Part shown: one piece after another, positions 36,940 through 46,490 of the stretch
Numbering within the stretch: the first letter of the stretch is position 1
Layout of the letters: each line of letters begins with the position of its first letter
Origin: a virus
Taxonomy: Duplodnaviria > Heunggongvirae > Uroviricota > Caudoviricetes
Strand: one strand, 5' to 3'
Length of the DNA: 64,000 nt
IMG/VR virus record: IMGVR_UViG_3300042863_001217
The notes under the pieces: generated by a model
What the model saw: only the letters and a program-made list of their open reading frames with translations
Told to the model about the DNA's origin: nothing
Databases searched by the model: none
Translations under genes and position numbers: made by a program

Positions 36940-39900
36940 TTAGAATACGAACTGGAATGTCTTTAATAAGTCTTTTCCTTTTGTTGAATTTGCTTCAACA
37001 TTGAACTCATTGTATAGTTTTGTATACATTAAGTCCCATTCGTCTTTATCAGCTAAAGTGTTTAATTCATTTGCATTGTCTTTGATAAATTTCTTAACAT
37101 CAGATCTTAAATCTTCGTTAACCTTTACCTCAAACATTTCTACTAAAGCATCTAACGTTAATTTAGATTCTTCTACGAATTCCTTAGCATTTTTTTTATC
37201 GTCTGGTCCAGCGTCTTCTACTTTATAAGTTTCGCCTTCAAATTCAAATTCTTTTGCACCATCTGCAATAGCTTTTGCTCTTGCTGCACCGAATGCATTT
37301 CCTTCTTCAATAACTGGAAAGGTTTTACCATTAAATTCAAATTCTTCAGCATCTTCTTCGATTGCTTTAGCTCTTGCAGCCAAGAATGCATTTCCTTCTT
37401 CTACGAATTCTTTTGCATTTTCTTTATCGTCTGCTCCAACATCTTCAACTTTATAAGTTTCACCTTCAAATTCAAATTCTTTAGCACCATCTGCAATTGC
37501 TTTAGCTCTTGCGGCACCGAATGCATTTCCTTCAGATACTACTAATTCAAGATCTTTATCTTTACCAGCAACAGCTGCGTCTAATTCTGCTTCTAATTCT
37601 CTTTTCTTAGCTGTCAATGCTTTCATTTCATCCAACAATTCAGATTTTCTATCGCCTTCAGCTACTTTCCACTCACCTGCTTTTTGTTGCATTTTAGTAG
37701 TAGTTTCACTCCATTCTTTTTGGATTTTATTGATTGATCTACCTTCATTAACAACAGATTCATCAATAGCATTTGGATATTTAGTATCTTTAGCTAAATC
37801 TAAAAGAGCTTTAATATCTTCTGCCTTATTTCTATTGTATTTGTCAGCATTCTTTTTATCTTTGAATATCGCAGATACTTGTTTACCATTATCATCAATC
37901 ATAATGATAATACCTTTTTTACCATAAACTCTCTCGTCTGTAACAGATATACCTTCAATAACTACTGATTCTTTAGTCAATTCATTAGGTGCGTGCTTGT
38001 GCATTTCTCCGTTTGGTAATTCTACATTATAGTATTTTTCATCCTCTGCGCCATCTTCTTTATCTAAAGAAACAATTACACCAGTTCCACCATGTGACAT
38101 TTTTACTTTGTCGCCAACTTTAAAATGTGATTCAGTAACTTTAGATTCATATTTATCAGCTTGATTATTTTTAATATCATCTGCTGACATTTGATCAACT
38201 AATCTTTTAAATAAAGTTATTGTAGCTGGACCATAAAAACCATCTTCTTCATATCCTCTAGTAGGTCTGCCCATTTCATAGTCTCCAATGTGTGAAGCAA
38301 GTTCCATTGCATTATCTAATAGATTTTGACCATTACCACCACCTTTGAAAGTTTTTTCAGATGCGGTTTCAACATATTTTATTAGATCAGCCGCAGATTC
38401 ATTAACTTTAGATTCTGACATATTTGCATCTAATACTTTTTGGAATGATTTAGCATCAGTAACTTCTTCGCCAAATAATTCAATTGTTTCGTCATTTAGA
38501 TTAATATAAATTTCAGAACCTTGATGTTTCATGTCTAAAATTATAGTCATATAATCTTTACCAATTGCAGTACCACCGCTAATATACTTACCAGCTTTTT
38601 CAGCCCATGTAGCAGCTTTCTTAACCAATGAAGTTGCATAACTTCCTTTTCTTTTAGCAAAATCTAAAACATTAGAAGGTACTCTTGCTGCTTCAGTAAC
38701 TTTAGATTCATCATACTCTTCATAATCATCATCGTACTCTTCTTCTTGGTACCATGATTGATTTGGATCATGTTCTGCTTCTTGTGTAAAATCGTGCTTT
38801 TTGAAGTTGAAACGTTTTGGATCTTCAACTAAAGCTGGGAAAAGAACTTTTCCACTAACTTTCTTTTTATCAAATGCAATATCAATACCATCTTGTCTAT
38901 TAGGATTTTCAATTCCATTCATTTGAGCTAATAATTCGTAGTAATCTTTACCACCGAATTCACCGTAACCGTCATATTTCTTTTCTTCCCATTTATTACC
39001 TTTGTCATCAAACATTGTAATAGTAATGGTATTTTGTTTTTCAGAACCAATTTGATTTCCAGTATCTTGAGCCATCCATGAGAATTGACCTTCGTTAACT
39101 ACTGACTCGTCCATGTTTTCTTTAGCAGTATCGTAAATTGTTTGTAACCATGCTTCAAATTGACCTGGTTCACCAGCACTAGATAAGTCATGATGTTCTT
39201 TTTTAAACTCTTTTACAAATGATTTAAAATCTTTTGCTTCTTGAGCCATAATATCAATATCTGACATTGCACTCTCGTGTAATTTTGGATTTTTTATGTT
39301 TTTTACAATAGTATCAAGCTTATCATCAAAATAACCATATACCGGTGATCCTGGAACTGCATGATTAACTACTTCTCCGTTATGATAAATATTGTAAGAT
39401 CCACCTGCATATTCTTCGCCATCTACATCTAAATCAAATGAATCTTCTTCTAGTGATTTTTTATTAACAGTAGCTTTAACACCATCTGCTTTAGAAAGAG
39501 CGCTAGCATATAATTCTGCAACCTTTTTTGTATCGTCTAATGTAAGACCTGCTGGTTTTTTAGAAGATTCTAAAAGTTCAGGATAGTATTCTTCAATAGT
39601 TTCTTGATCCATTTCATAGAAATCACTTTTAAGATATGCAAGAATGTCTTTTTTCTTACCAGTTACTTCGAAAGTTCCTTCTTGACGAATGTCCTGACTA
39701 CCGCGACCCAGACTCATTGGTTCAACTTTGATCTTATATTTCTTGAAAGCTGCTTTAGCTGCTTTGTCTTCTTCTTTGTCTAAATCATCCCATGCCATAT
39801 CAACCTCAACAGTGATGACTTCACTTTCACCTACAAAAGATTCAAATTTAAAATCTTGATTCTTTTGTGATTCAGCACTTACTACAGCTAATAAACCAAC

Positions 39901-40518
39901 TTTAGATTTAGGTACCTTTAATTCGATGATTGCTTTTTGTTTAGCATCCCAAAGATCTTTACCTTCTACTTCGATTTTCTTGTTATTAAAGAATGCAAAG
40001 AATAAAGTTTCGTTAACCTTATTTGCTTCTAAAGACTCTTTAATACTTAAGTCTTTTAAACTTCTAACAGGTACACCTTTTGTTTCACCATCTTCTGGAT
40101 TTGAAAATGCTAATAAACCTGCAGCAATTAATCTCTTATAAAGCTCGGTTTTAACTAATTCAAAATCAATAGAGTCTGATGAATTTTCCCAAGTATCTGC
40201 TACATATTCTGGATCAATCCAACCAATACCTCTCTTGATACTGGTTTCCATATCCTTGTAATCCGTTTCGAATTGCTTGATCTTTCCTTCATTGATCTCT
40301 GCATTTGCAAGAGATAATGATTTCATGGCTGATAATTTATCAGTAAAAAATACTAAAGCCTCATTTAAAGACAAAGGTTCTTTGATATTTTTTGTAAGCG
40401 TTTCAGCTTTTATAGAGCTTTTAGTCTCTGACTTTAATAAAGCTATTTTAACCGCTTCAGCAGTATAGCTTGCTCCAGTCGTAACTTCTTTATTATTGAA
40501 ATTAATAAATGATGACAT
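36940..40518 (-). CDS. Giant 1192-aa acidic protein with recurrent E-S-x-V-(N/T)-E motifs and C-terminal 3x tandem ~40-aa repeats. Candidate processed internal virion/ejection protein
   Basis: Five internal sites: DESVVNEG (twice), DESKVTEAA, YESKVTESH, SESKVNESA. C-terminal repeats EGNAFGAARAKAIADGAKEFEFEGETYKVED. Confidence 0.55.
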   Translation of the reverse strand: MSSFINFNNKEVTTGASYTAEAVKIALLKSETKSSIKAETLTKNIKEPLSLNEALVFFTDKLSAMKSLSLANAEINEGKIKQFETDYKDMETSIKRGIGWIDPEYVADTWENSSDSIDFELVKTELYKRLIAAGLLAFSNPEDGETKGVPVRSLKDLSIKESLEANKVNETLFFAFFNNKKIEVEGKDLWDAKQKAIIELKVPKSKVGLLAVVSAESQKNQDFKFESFVGESEVITVEVDMAWDDLDKEEDKAAKAAFKKYKIKVEPMSLGRGSQDIRQEGTFEVTGKKKDILAYLKSDFYEMDQETIEEYYPELLESSKKPAGLTLDDTKKVAELYASALSKADGVKATVNKKSLEEDSFDLDVDGEEYAGGSYNIYHNGEVVNHAVPGSPVYGYFDDKLDTIVKNIKNPKLHESAMSDIDIMAQEAKDFKSFVKEFKKEHHDLSSAGEPGQFEAWLQTIYDTAKENMDESVVNEGQFSWMAQDTGNQIGSEKQNTITITMFDDKGNKWEEKKYDGYGEFGGKDYYELLAQMNGIENPNRQDGIDIAFDKKKVSGKVLFPALVEDPKRFNFKKHDFTQEAEHDPNQSWYQEEEYDDDYEEYDESKVTEAARVPSNVLDFAKRKGSYATSLVKKAATWAEKAGKYISGGTAIGKDYMTIILDMKHQGSEIYINLNDETIELFGEEVTDAKSFQKVLDANMSESKVNESAADLIKYVETASEKTFKGGGNGQNLLDNAMELASHIGDYEMGRPTRGYEEDGFYGPATITLFKRLVDQMSADDIKNNQADKYESKVTESHFKVGDKVKMSHGGTGVIVSLDKEDGAEDEKYYNVELPNGEMHKHAPNELTKESVVIEGISVTDERVYGKKGIIIMIDDNGKQVSAIFKDKKNADKYNRNKAEDIKALLDLAKDTKYPNAIDESVVNEGRSINKIQKEWSETTTKMQQKAGEWKVAEGDRKSELLDEMKALTAKKRELEAELDAAVAGKDKDLELVVSEGNAFGAARAKAIADGAKEFEFEGETYKVEDVGADDKENAKEFVEEGNAFLAARAKAIEEDAEEFEFNGKTFPVIEEGNAFGAARAKAIADGAKEFEFEGETYKVEDAGPDDKKNAKEFVEESKLTLDALVEMFEVKVNEDLRSDVKKFIKDNANELNTLADKDEWDLMYTKLYNEFNVEANSTKGKDLLKTFQFVF
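37170..37560 (-). repeat. Three tandem ~120-bp coding repeats in the giant protein
   Basis: Repeated peptide EGNAF(G/L)AARAKAI...EFEF(E/N)G(E/K)T(Y/F). Confidence 0.6.
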
Positions 40519-41045
40519 ATGTTTGTTTGTATATTTTACTTTATATATTCTTATTTTTTACCAGCACCGGAACCTTTACCGCTTCCGCTTCCAGAACCTG
40601 AACCACTTCCACTTCCAGAACCTGAACCTTTACCACTTGAACGGCCAGAACCTGTACCATAAGCATATCCTGTTCCACCTACATTTGATCCACTTCCAGA
40701 GCCTGATCCTGATCCAGAGCCTGAACCACTGGTAGCATTTTTACCTGTTTTTGGTTTTTTAGGTGTAAGTTTTTTAGCTTTTGCTTCTTTAGCAATTGGT
40801 GCTACTTCTTTTGCTGGTTTAGCAGCTTTAATTTTAGTAGGTTTTTTTACTGTAGGTTCTACAATAGGATCAAGTACTGAACCTCTTTTAGAATCTTCTT
40901 TCTCTTTTTTTGCAATTGCTTTAAAAATAGTTATAATAACTACTAAAGAGACTAATGCTACTGCGATGATTGTTGTACTCATAATTTTGTTTTTTATTAT
41001 TTTAGATTATATATTTATATTATTTATCTTCATTTTGTTTCATAA

Positions 41046-41073
41046 AAGAAAAAAGCAGCTAAAAAAGCTGCTC
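41046..41073 (-). terminator. Rho-independent terminator (minus strand)
   Basis: AGCAGC-TTTTTT-AGCTGCT followed by TTTTTTCTTTT on the minus strand. Confidence 0.5.
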
Positions 41074-41083
41074 TTTGTTCTGT

Positions 41084-41287
41084 TTAAGCTGGACCACCGA
41101 CTCCGAAATAGACCCAATTAGCGTAATCATCTGCTATGTCATAAAGATCGTCCAATGTGATTTGGAACATGTAATCGTTTTTAACACTTGTAACTTCTAC
41201 GGTCTTTGAATCATGCTCAGAAGCAGGAACAACTTCTGGGATAAATTCTGCCATTGTAAAACTAGATATTTTTAAAGGGTAAGGCAT
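41084..41287 (-). CDS. Hypothetical small protein
   Basis: 67-aa ORF. Confidence 0.35.
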   Translation of the reverse strand: MPYPLKISSFTMAEFIPEVVPASEHDSKTVEVTSVKNDYMFQITLDDLYDIADDYANWVYFGVGGPA

Positions 41288-41357
41288 ATTGCGCTCTGAT
41301 TATATATCTGGGCAATTCATTTAGTTTTTTAAAAAAACACCTTTTTTAAAAAATAGT

Positions 41358-42104
41358 TTAAATGTTTTTTAGATTTTCTACCATCCAATCCAATTCTACT
41401 TGACTAGCTGCATCTGAGATGGCATTATCAGGATCTGGATGTGTTTCAATAAATACTCCATCATACTCAAAAATACGTGCAGCTAAAGAATATTGCTTTG
41501 CAAGTTTTCTACTTCCACCTGTAATACCATCACCTGACATTTGAGTTGAGTGCGTACAATCAAAGATAACTTTATCTGCAAATTGTTTCATTACATCAAC
41601 TCCTCTGAAATCTACAATTAACCTATCAAAACCAAATTGAGTACCACGTTCAGTAATCCATACTTGACATGTTGGATTTACTTCTTTAATCTTGGTAACA
41701 GCATGTTTCATTGCATCAGCAGATAACCACTGACCCTTCTTAACGTTGATAATATTAAAGTGTTTTGCACATTCTATAAGAAGATCTGTTTGTCTACATA
41801 AGAATGCTGGAATTTGAATCACATCTACTACATCTGATAATGGTAATGCTTGATCTGCTGTGTGAATATCTGTAACGATTTTAAGACCTGGAAATTTAGC
41901 TTTGACATTTCGCATAATCTCGATACCTTCGTCTAAACCCGGACCTCGATTAGAATGAATTGAAGTTCGATTGGCTTTATCAAAGCTACCTTTAAGATAC
42001 CAATCTTTTCCTTGCATTATAGGATATAGTGCATTTGCTACTTCTGTGAAGTTGTCCTCGCTTTCAATGCTACAAGGACCTAAAATATATGTGTAATTTT
42101 CCAT
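41358..42104 (-). CDS. kdsA: 3-deoxy-8-phosphooctulonate (KDO-8-phosphate) synthase
   Basis: Motifs GPCSIES, KGSFDKANRTSIHSNRGPGL, DVVDVIQIPAFLCRQTDLL and IFDCTHS align closely with bacterial KdsA/DAHP-synthase family proteins. Confidence 0.85.
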   Translation of the reverse strand: MENYTYILGPCSIESEDNFTEVANALYPIMQGKDWYLKGSFDKANRTSIHSNRGPGLDEGIEIMRNVKAKFPGLKIVTDIHTADQALPLSDVVDVIQIPAFLCRQTDLLIECAKHFNIINVKKGQWLSADAMKHAVTKIKEVNPTCQVWITERGTQFGFDRLIVDFRGVDVMKQFADKVIFDCTHSTQMSGDGITGGSRKLAKQYSLAARIFEYDGVFIETHPDPDNAISDAASQVELDWMVENLKNI

Positions 42105-42306
42105 TTATAATTTATATGAAAATGGTAGAAATAGTTTATTTTTTGCGTAACATCATTTCAATGATTGGTCCATGAGATTGGTAAACCGCTAAATGTTGAC
42201 CATTTAGCCTTTCACCTTTCTTAAGAGATTCTACCATTGATTTGAAAAAATGCATTGGAACCTCACCTTTGTCTACATAATGTTGCCACTCTTGAGGATT
42301 CATCAA

Positions 42307-43848
42307 TTACTTAATTACTTTTATTCCCATATTAGCATTAAATGGGTTAGGCATACTTCCTTTTTGTTCAAATTGAAAGTTAGCTGATTTAAATGGTATT
42401 GTTTTAAATATAAGAGTTCCTTTGTTTACAGAAACATCTAAATATAATTGTTTTACATCTGTTACCATTCTTCCAAATTTAGATAATTCATTAGAATACG
42501 TATTAGTTAATAATGTAGCTATTTCAACCATTAAAGCATAAAATACTATTCCAATTTTGTTTTTACCCATTGTAGGATATGACTTTATCATCTCATTTAA
42601 TTTAGCTTTATTCCATTGCATTTTACTCAAATCCCATAATTTAGATATGAAATTGCTAAATTCATCTACATTAGAATCGTATAATATATCTAGAAAACTA
42701 ACAACAGCATCTTGAGTTAGCATCGAGGGATCTAATTTAGATTCTGAACAAAGAAGCCAATATCCTGAATTTGAATGATCTTTTATATTAACATTACACA
42801 AATTCATTATATTGTCATAAGTACCACTTCTAGCTAATTTAGGAGGATTAACCCACTGCTCTACAACATTAGTAAGGAAATCTGATTCTAGTGCAGTTTC
42901 TGCTTGTATTAAAGAATCTTGTTTGGCTTGGTATATTTTTTGAATTATAGTATCTCCACTCGGTGTTCCTCCTTTTCCGCCTTTTGAAGAAATAGAATAT
43001 CCGCTAAAATAAAAATCTACTAATTTTTCATTAGATGATTTTGGATAAGATAATCCCACACCATATGATTGAAGTATATTAAAAAACATAAAGCCTCCTA
43101 ATATTTCTCCGTAATCATTTTGGAAATGTTGGATTGAAATAGGATCAATACCCTCAAATATATTATTGTCAACACTATAAGATATGTCATGTACTCCAGC
43201 TGCTAAATAAGCATCAAAATCTTTAAATTTATTTTTATTTGATGAATTATTCATAATAGATTCAGTTACTGTAATAAAACATTTTTTATAGTTTTCTGGT
43301 AAACTGCTATTAGATATAGCCGGAGAGACAACTGCAAATAAACTTTCAGCTGATTGATATATGTTTTTTGTTATACCTAGATTATCAGGTGTAAGATCTT
43401 TTCTACCAACAACACCCTGCTCTCCTTTTTTATTAACTTTAAATCTATTGGTAATTGTTATAAAGTCTCCTTTTTTATAATCTTTACCTAAAGCATCTGA
43501 TACTTTAGTATTGAAAATTATTGTATATCCTGCGAAATCACTAGAAACAATTCCTTGTTGTTTAAATTCTATACTATAAGACGATGGATCAATACCACCT
43601 ACTTCTTTAAGAAATTCTATAATTTTAGTTTCTGCCGTTCCGTCATTTGCGCCGAAATTTGCTCTTAACACTTCACCTGTTCCACTTATTCTACTGGAAA
43701 CACCAGCAAAATCTTTAGAATTCATAAACTTTTTAAAACCTTCTAGCCAAAACTCTTCAATTGCTTTTTTAGTTGGTTGTTTTGATTCATGAATAGCTTT
43801 ATCCATTGCTATTTGAAAATTATTTCTAATGTCTTTAAATGTACTCAT
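42307..43848 (-). CDS. Hypothetical protein, 513 aa
   Basis: Long ORF with no recognisable motif. Confidence 0.5.
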   Translation of the reverse strand: MSTFKDIRNNFQIAMDKAIHESKQPTKKAIEEFWLEGFKKFMNSKDFAGVSSRISGTGEVLRANFGANDGTAETKIIEFLKEVGGIDPSSYSIEFKQQGIVSSDFAGYTIIFNTKVSDALGKDYKKGDFITITNRFKVNKKGEQGVVGRKDLTPDNLGITKNIYQSAESLFAVVSPAISNSSLPENYKKCFITVTESIMNNSSNKNKFKDFDAYLAAGVHDISYSVDNNIFEGIDPISIQHFQNDYGEILGGFMFFNILQSYGVGLSYPKSSNEKLVDFYFSGYSISSKGGKGGTPSGDTIIQKIYQAKQDSLIQAETALESDFLTNVVEQWVNPPKLARSGTYDNIMNLCNVNIKDHSNSGYWLLCSESKLDPSMLTQDAVVSFLDILYDSNVDEFSNFISKLWDLSKMQWNKAKLNEMIKSYPTMGKNKIGIVFYALMVEIATLLTNTYSNELSKFGRMVTDVKQLYLDVSVNKGTLIFKTIPFKSANFQFEQKGSMPNPFNANMGIKVIK

Positions 43849-43850
43849 AT

Positions 43851-44450
43851 TTATTTGTATGCTCTAATTGTTGATATTTGTATTCCTTCATGTTCTTGTT
43901 CTAATGATTTTACTAATACTAAATTAGCCTCATCATCATCGTAAAATTGTAGGTCACTGTAACCCATATCGATCAATTCTCTAAACGCTTGTTTTTTACG
44001 ATCCGATATACTACCTTTGAATTTATGTACTGAATCATTCACTGCAAAAATAAGATCTTTGTCGATTCTAAATCCAACATGTTCTCTTAACCATCTATAA
44101 ATCATTTCTCTATCATCTCTTGCTGTAACAATTCCAACTGCGATGCGTGATTTATAAGCTTCTTTAAATATGTCTAAGTAATGTTCAATCATTTGACCAG
44201 CTTTCATAATCTCTAATGATTTAAATTCATCAAAGTTTAATTCATGATCTGCATGTTTTTCATAACTATTAAATTCTTCTGGAGTCAGTGAATAACATTC
44301 TCCTGTTTTCTTATTGCAAACCTTTATTTTTGCTGATGAAATTACTAAAGTATCGTCAAGATCAAACACAAGAATCTTGGAACCATGATATGGTTTTCCA
44401 GCTCTGTTTACCTCATTTAGGTATTCTGTGTAATTTTTAACGTGTTTCAT
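43851..44450 (-). CDS. HAD-superfamily phosphatase-like protein with degenerate leader (MKHVKNYTEYLNE...)
   Basis: HAD motif I, ILVFDLDDTLV. Confidence 0.5.
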   Translation of the reverse strand: MKHVKNYTEYLNEVNRAGKPYHGSKILVFDLDDTLVISSAKIKVCNKKTGECYSLTPEEFNSYEKHADHELNFDEFKSLEIMKAGQMIEHYLDIFKEAYKSRIAVGIVTARDDREMIYRWLREHVGFRIDKDLIFAVNDSVHKFKGSISDRKKQAFRELIDMGYSDLQFYDDDEANLVLVKSLEQEHEGIQISTIRAYK

Positions 44451-44480
44451 CTTAGCTTATACTTAAAAATCTAATAATGT

Positions 44481-44744
44481 TTATTTATTAGATTCTATTT
44501 TTATTTTCAATGCAGTAAGTTTTATATCAATTTTTGATATTTCTGCTTGCATGGAAAGTTTCTGTGCAGTTAATGCTAACATTTCAGATTTTAATGGATC
44601 CTCTTCGTTTCTCATTGCTTTTGCAGTTTCAGCAGCTTTAGTTTTAATCTCGTTTCTTTTAGAATCTAATTCTCTAACTTTAAGATTTAGGTCAGCTACT
44701 TTTTGAGCATCCTCAAATAATTGGAAAGTTTTCAGGTGTTTCAT
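44481..44744 (-). CDS. Small leader-family protein (MKHLKTFQLFED...)
   Basis: 87 aa, coiled-coil. Confidence 0.4.
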   Translation of the reverse strand: MKHLKTFQLFEDAQKVADLNLKVRELDSKRNEIKTKAAETAKAMRNEEDPLKSEMLALTAQKLSMQAEISKIDIKLTALKIKIESNK

Positions 44745-45036
44745 CTTTTGGTATTTCTTTTTCTATTTCTAGAGTCCATAGTCTATTATTAGGTACTACG
44801 AATTTTCTTTCATGTCCAAAAACATAAAAAGTTGTTTTGTATATATTTTGTCTAACTATTCTAGCTTTCTTTGCGCCTTTAATATAAACTATATCATCTA
44901 CATTAAAATCATTGCCCCATAAAAACTGCATACCAATAACAAGATTAGCAATCATGTCTTTGAATGTAAATGAAATTATAGCTACTGCTGTCACCCAACC
45001 CCATTCTGATATGTATTGTCCTATTAACTCTTTCAT
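44713..45036 (-). CDS. Small membrane protein
   Basis: Hydrophobic N-terminus. Confidence 0.35.
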   Translation of the reverse strand: MKELIGQYISEWGWVTAVAIISFTFKDMIANLVIGMQFLWGNDFNVDDIVYIKGAKKARIVRQNIYKTTFYVFGHERKFVVPNNRLWTLEIEKEIPKDETPENFPII

Positions 45037-45521
45037 ATTAGTCCCATTGCACTTAAATTTTGTAGAACCACTTGTTGACTTAACATTATAACTTGTGAAG
45101 CTTCTATTTTGTCCATAAATTTGGCATTATCAATTTCTTCACGCTGTAATTGCCCTTTAGGTACCACTAGATCTTTAAGTCCTATTTTAGACAGGTCATC
45201 TATTTCAACTATAAAATAATAAATAACTTTATTATACTTATACTTTCTAGAAGTTAAAACAAATGTACGTTCAATTTTACTTATTAAAGATTTAGGAACT
45301 TTAATACCGAACTCTTCATAAGTTTCTCTGATAGCAGCATCTAAATGTGATTCACCTTCTTCGATGCCACCTTTAGATATACCATAACCAGTTCCTTCTT
45401 TTCTACCTCTAGATTGACCTAACAAAATTTTACCATCAAACACAATCGCAAGACCAGCTGAATATCTAGTGTCTAGATATTTCTCGTTGATAAATTGATC
45501 ATATTTTTTTAGGTGTTTCAT
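45033..45521 (-). CDS. Leader-family Nudix hydrolase (MKHLKKYDQFINEK...)
   Basis: Nudix box GGIEEGESHLDAAIRETYEEFGI. Confidence 0.65.
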   Translation of the reverse strand: MKHLKKYDQFINEKYLDTRYSAGLAIVFDGKILLGQSRGRKEGTGYGISKGGIEEGESHLDAAIRETYEEFGIKVPKSLISKIERTFVLTSRKYKYNKVIYYFIVEIDDLSKIGLKDLVVPKGQLQREEIDNAKFMDKIEASQVIMLSQQVVLQNLSAMGLI

Positions 45522-45811
45522 TATGCCGCAGTTTCGTCATCTAATCTTTTAATCTCTTCTTGTATTTCAAATAATCTCCATTCGAAATCAAATAATTCTT
45601 GACGACTTAATTTATTTTGTTTAAATGACTTTTTAGCTCTGCTGTATTCTTCAGTCAATCGCTTAAGTACTTTCTTTAGTTCACTCTTTGTTTGATTAGC
45701 GCCAATCGAATGTTGAGTATTACTCTTGTCTATTTTTACCTCATTCGTTTTTTCAACAACGATCATCTCGAAGTCTGAAAATAGCATTAGAAATTTTTCT
45801 GTAGTGCTCAT
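45521..45811 (-). CDS. Hypothetical coiled-coil protein
   Basis: 96-aa ORF. Confidence 0.4.
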   Translation of the reverse strand: MSTTEKFLMLFSDFEMIVVEKTNEVKIDKSNTQHSIGANQTKSELKKVLKRLTEEYSRAKKSFKQNKLSRQELFDFEWRLFEIQEEIKRLDDETAA

Positions 45812-45884
45812 GATGTTTTTTATGTTTTTAATTTAAACACTTATAACTTATATATCGAGTTTATATTTTTCTTTAACTCTATCA

Positions 45885-46490
45885 CTAATTGATTTTATAT
45901 TCAATCCAGTCATGTCCAGTTGAGTTAATGTTTGGAAAATAAAATTCAAATTTATTATTATTAACTCTAATTATTTTTGTAAATCCTATTGGTACTAATG
46001 CTCCAGTACTTAACCAATTTTGAGGTTTATCTAGAAAATGTACTCTAATTTCTATAGTTACATTTGAAAATACTTTTGATAAATCCTTTTCAAAATGTTC
46101 TAGTTCTTTCCATGGTCCTCTATTTAATGATTCATGTTGTAATGCACAATTTAAATAAGAGAATGTATTTCGTAAATTAGTTATATTACATGTAAATGCA
46201 CCAGCAGGTGCCATATGACCTTTGTCCCATATATTATCAACATAGTCATCATCGTCACTTGTTACAACACCTGTCCATTTCTTAAATGACATACCATCTC
46301 TTTCTTCATCACCAGTTGGGCATTGAACTTTATATTTAATAACCAAAGGTTGTTGAAATCTTTGAGAATATTCAATTTCAAATATACTCGTTTTGATTTT
46401 AACATTTGCAAGACCTGTTTGTGCATTTGCACTTGTAATTAACAATAATGTTAGGAACGTTATTGCAATTATGTTTTTTATTTGTTTCAT
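45885..46490 (-). CDS. Secreted DNA/RNA non-specific endonuclease-like protein
   Basis: N-terminal signal peptide. Active-site-like motif WDKGHMAPAG (D-R/K-G-H-x-x-P). Confidence 0.5.
   Translation of the reverse strand: MKQIKNIIAITFLTLLLITSANAQTGLANVKIKTSIFEIEYSQRFQQPLVIKYKVQCPTGDEERDGMSFKKWTGVVTSDDDDYVDNIWDKGHMAPAGAFTCNITNLRNTFSYLNCALQHESLNRGPWKELEHFEKDLSKVFSNVTIEIRVHFLDKPQNWLSTGALVPIGFTKIIRVNNNKFEFYFPNINSTGHDWIEYKIN

Noticed and set aside
30708-40735. Plus-strand small ORFs inside the large minus-strand genes (30708..30914, 31214..31468, 37001..37228, 37730..37927, 39926..40141, 40277..40468, 40496..40735)
   Set aside because: These are antisense artefacts within the 811-aa and 1192-aa genes.
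40551-40982. 143-aa ORF rich in SGSGSG and lysine repeats with an N-terminal TM helix
   Set aside because: I did not reject it as a gene, since it may be a real membrane-anchored low-complexity protein. I have no evidence for a function, and the GS repeats could just be repeat DNA. I left it out of the feature table.
42130-42306. 56-aa minus-strand ORF (MNPQEWQHYVDKGEV...) between kdsA and the 513-aa gene
   Set aside because: It is plausible as a small gene and fills the gap. It is below the track threshold and has no motif or other support, so I did not list it as a feature.
9172-45521. Alternative reading of the shared N-terminal peptide as a secretion signal or lipoprotein signal
   Set aside because: The peptide is hydrophilic and charged (MKHIKLFEQFINE). 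It has no hydrophobic core and no lipobox. Real signal peptides in this window look different, for example MKKLFIIAIAAISLASC.
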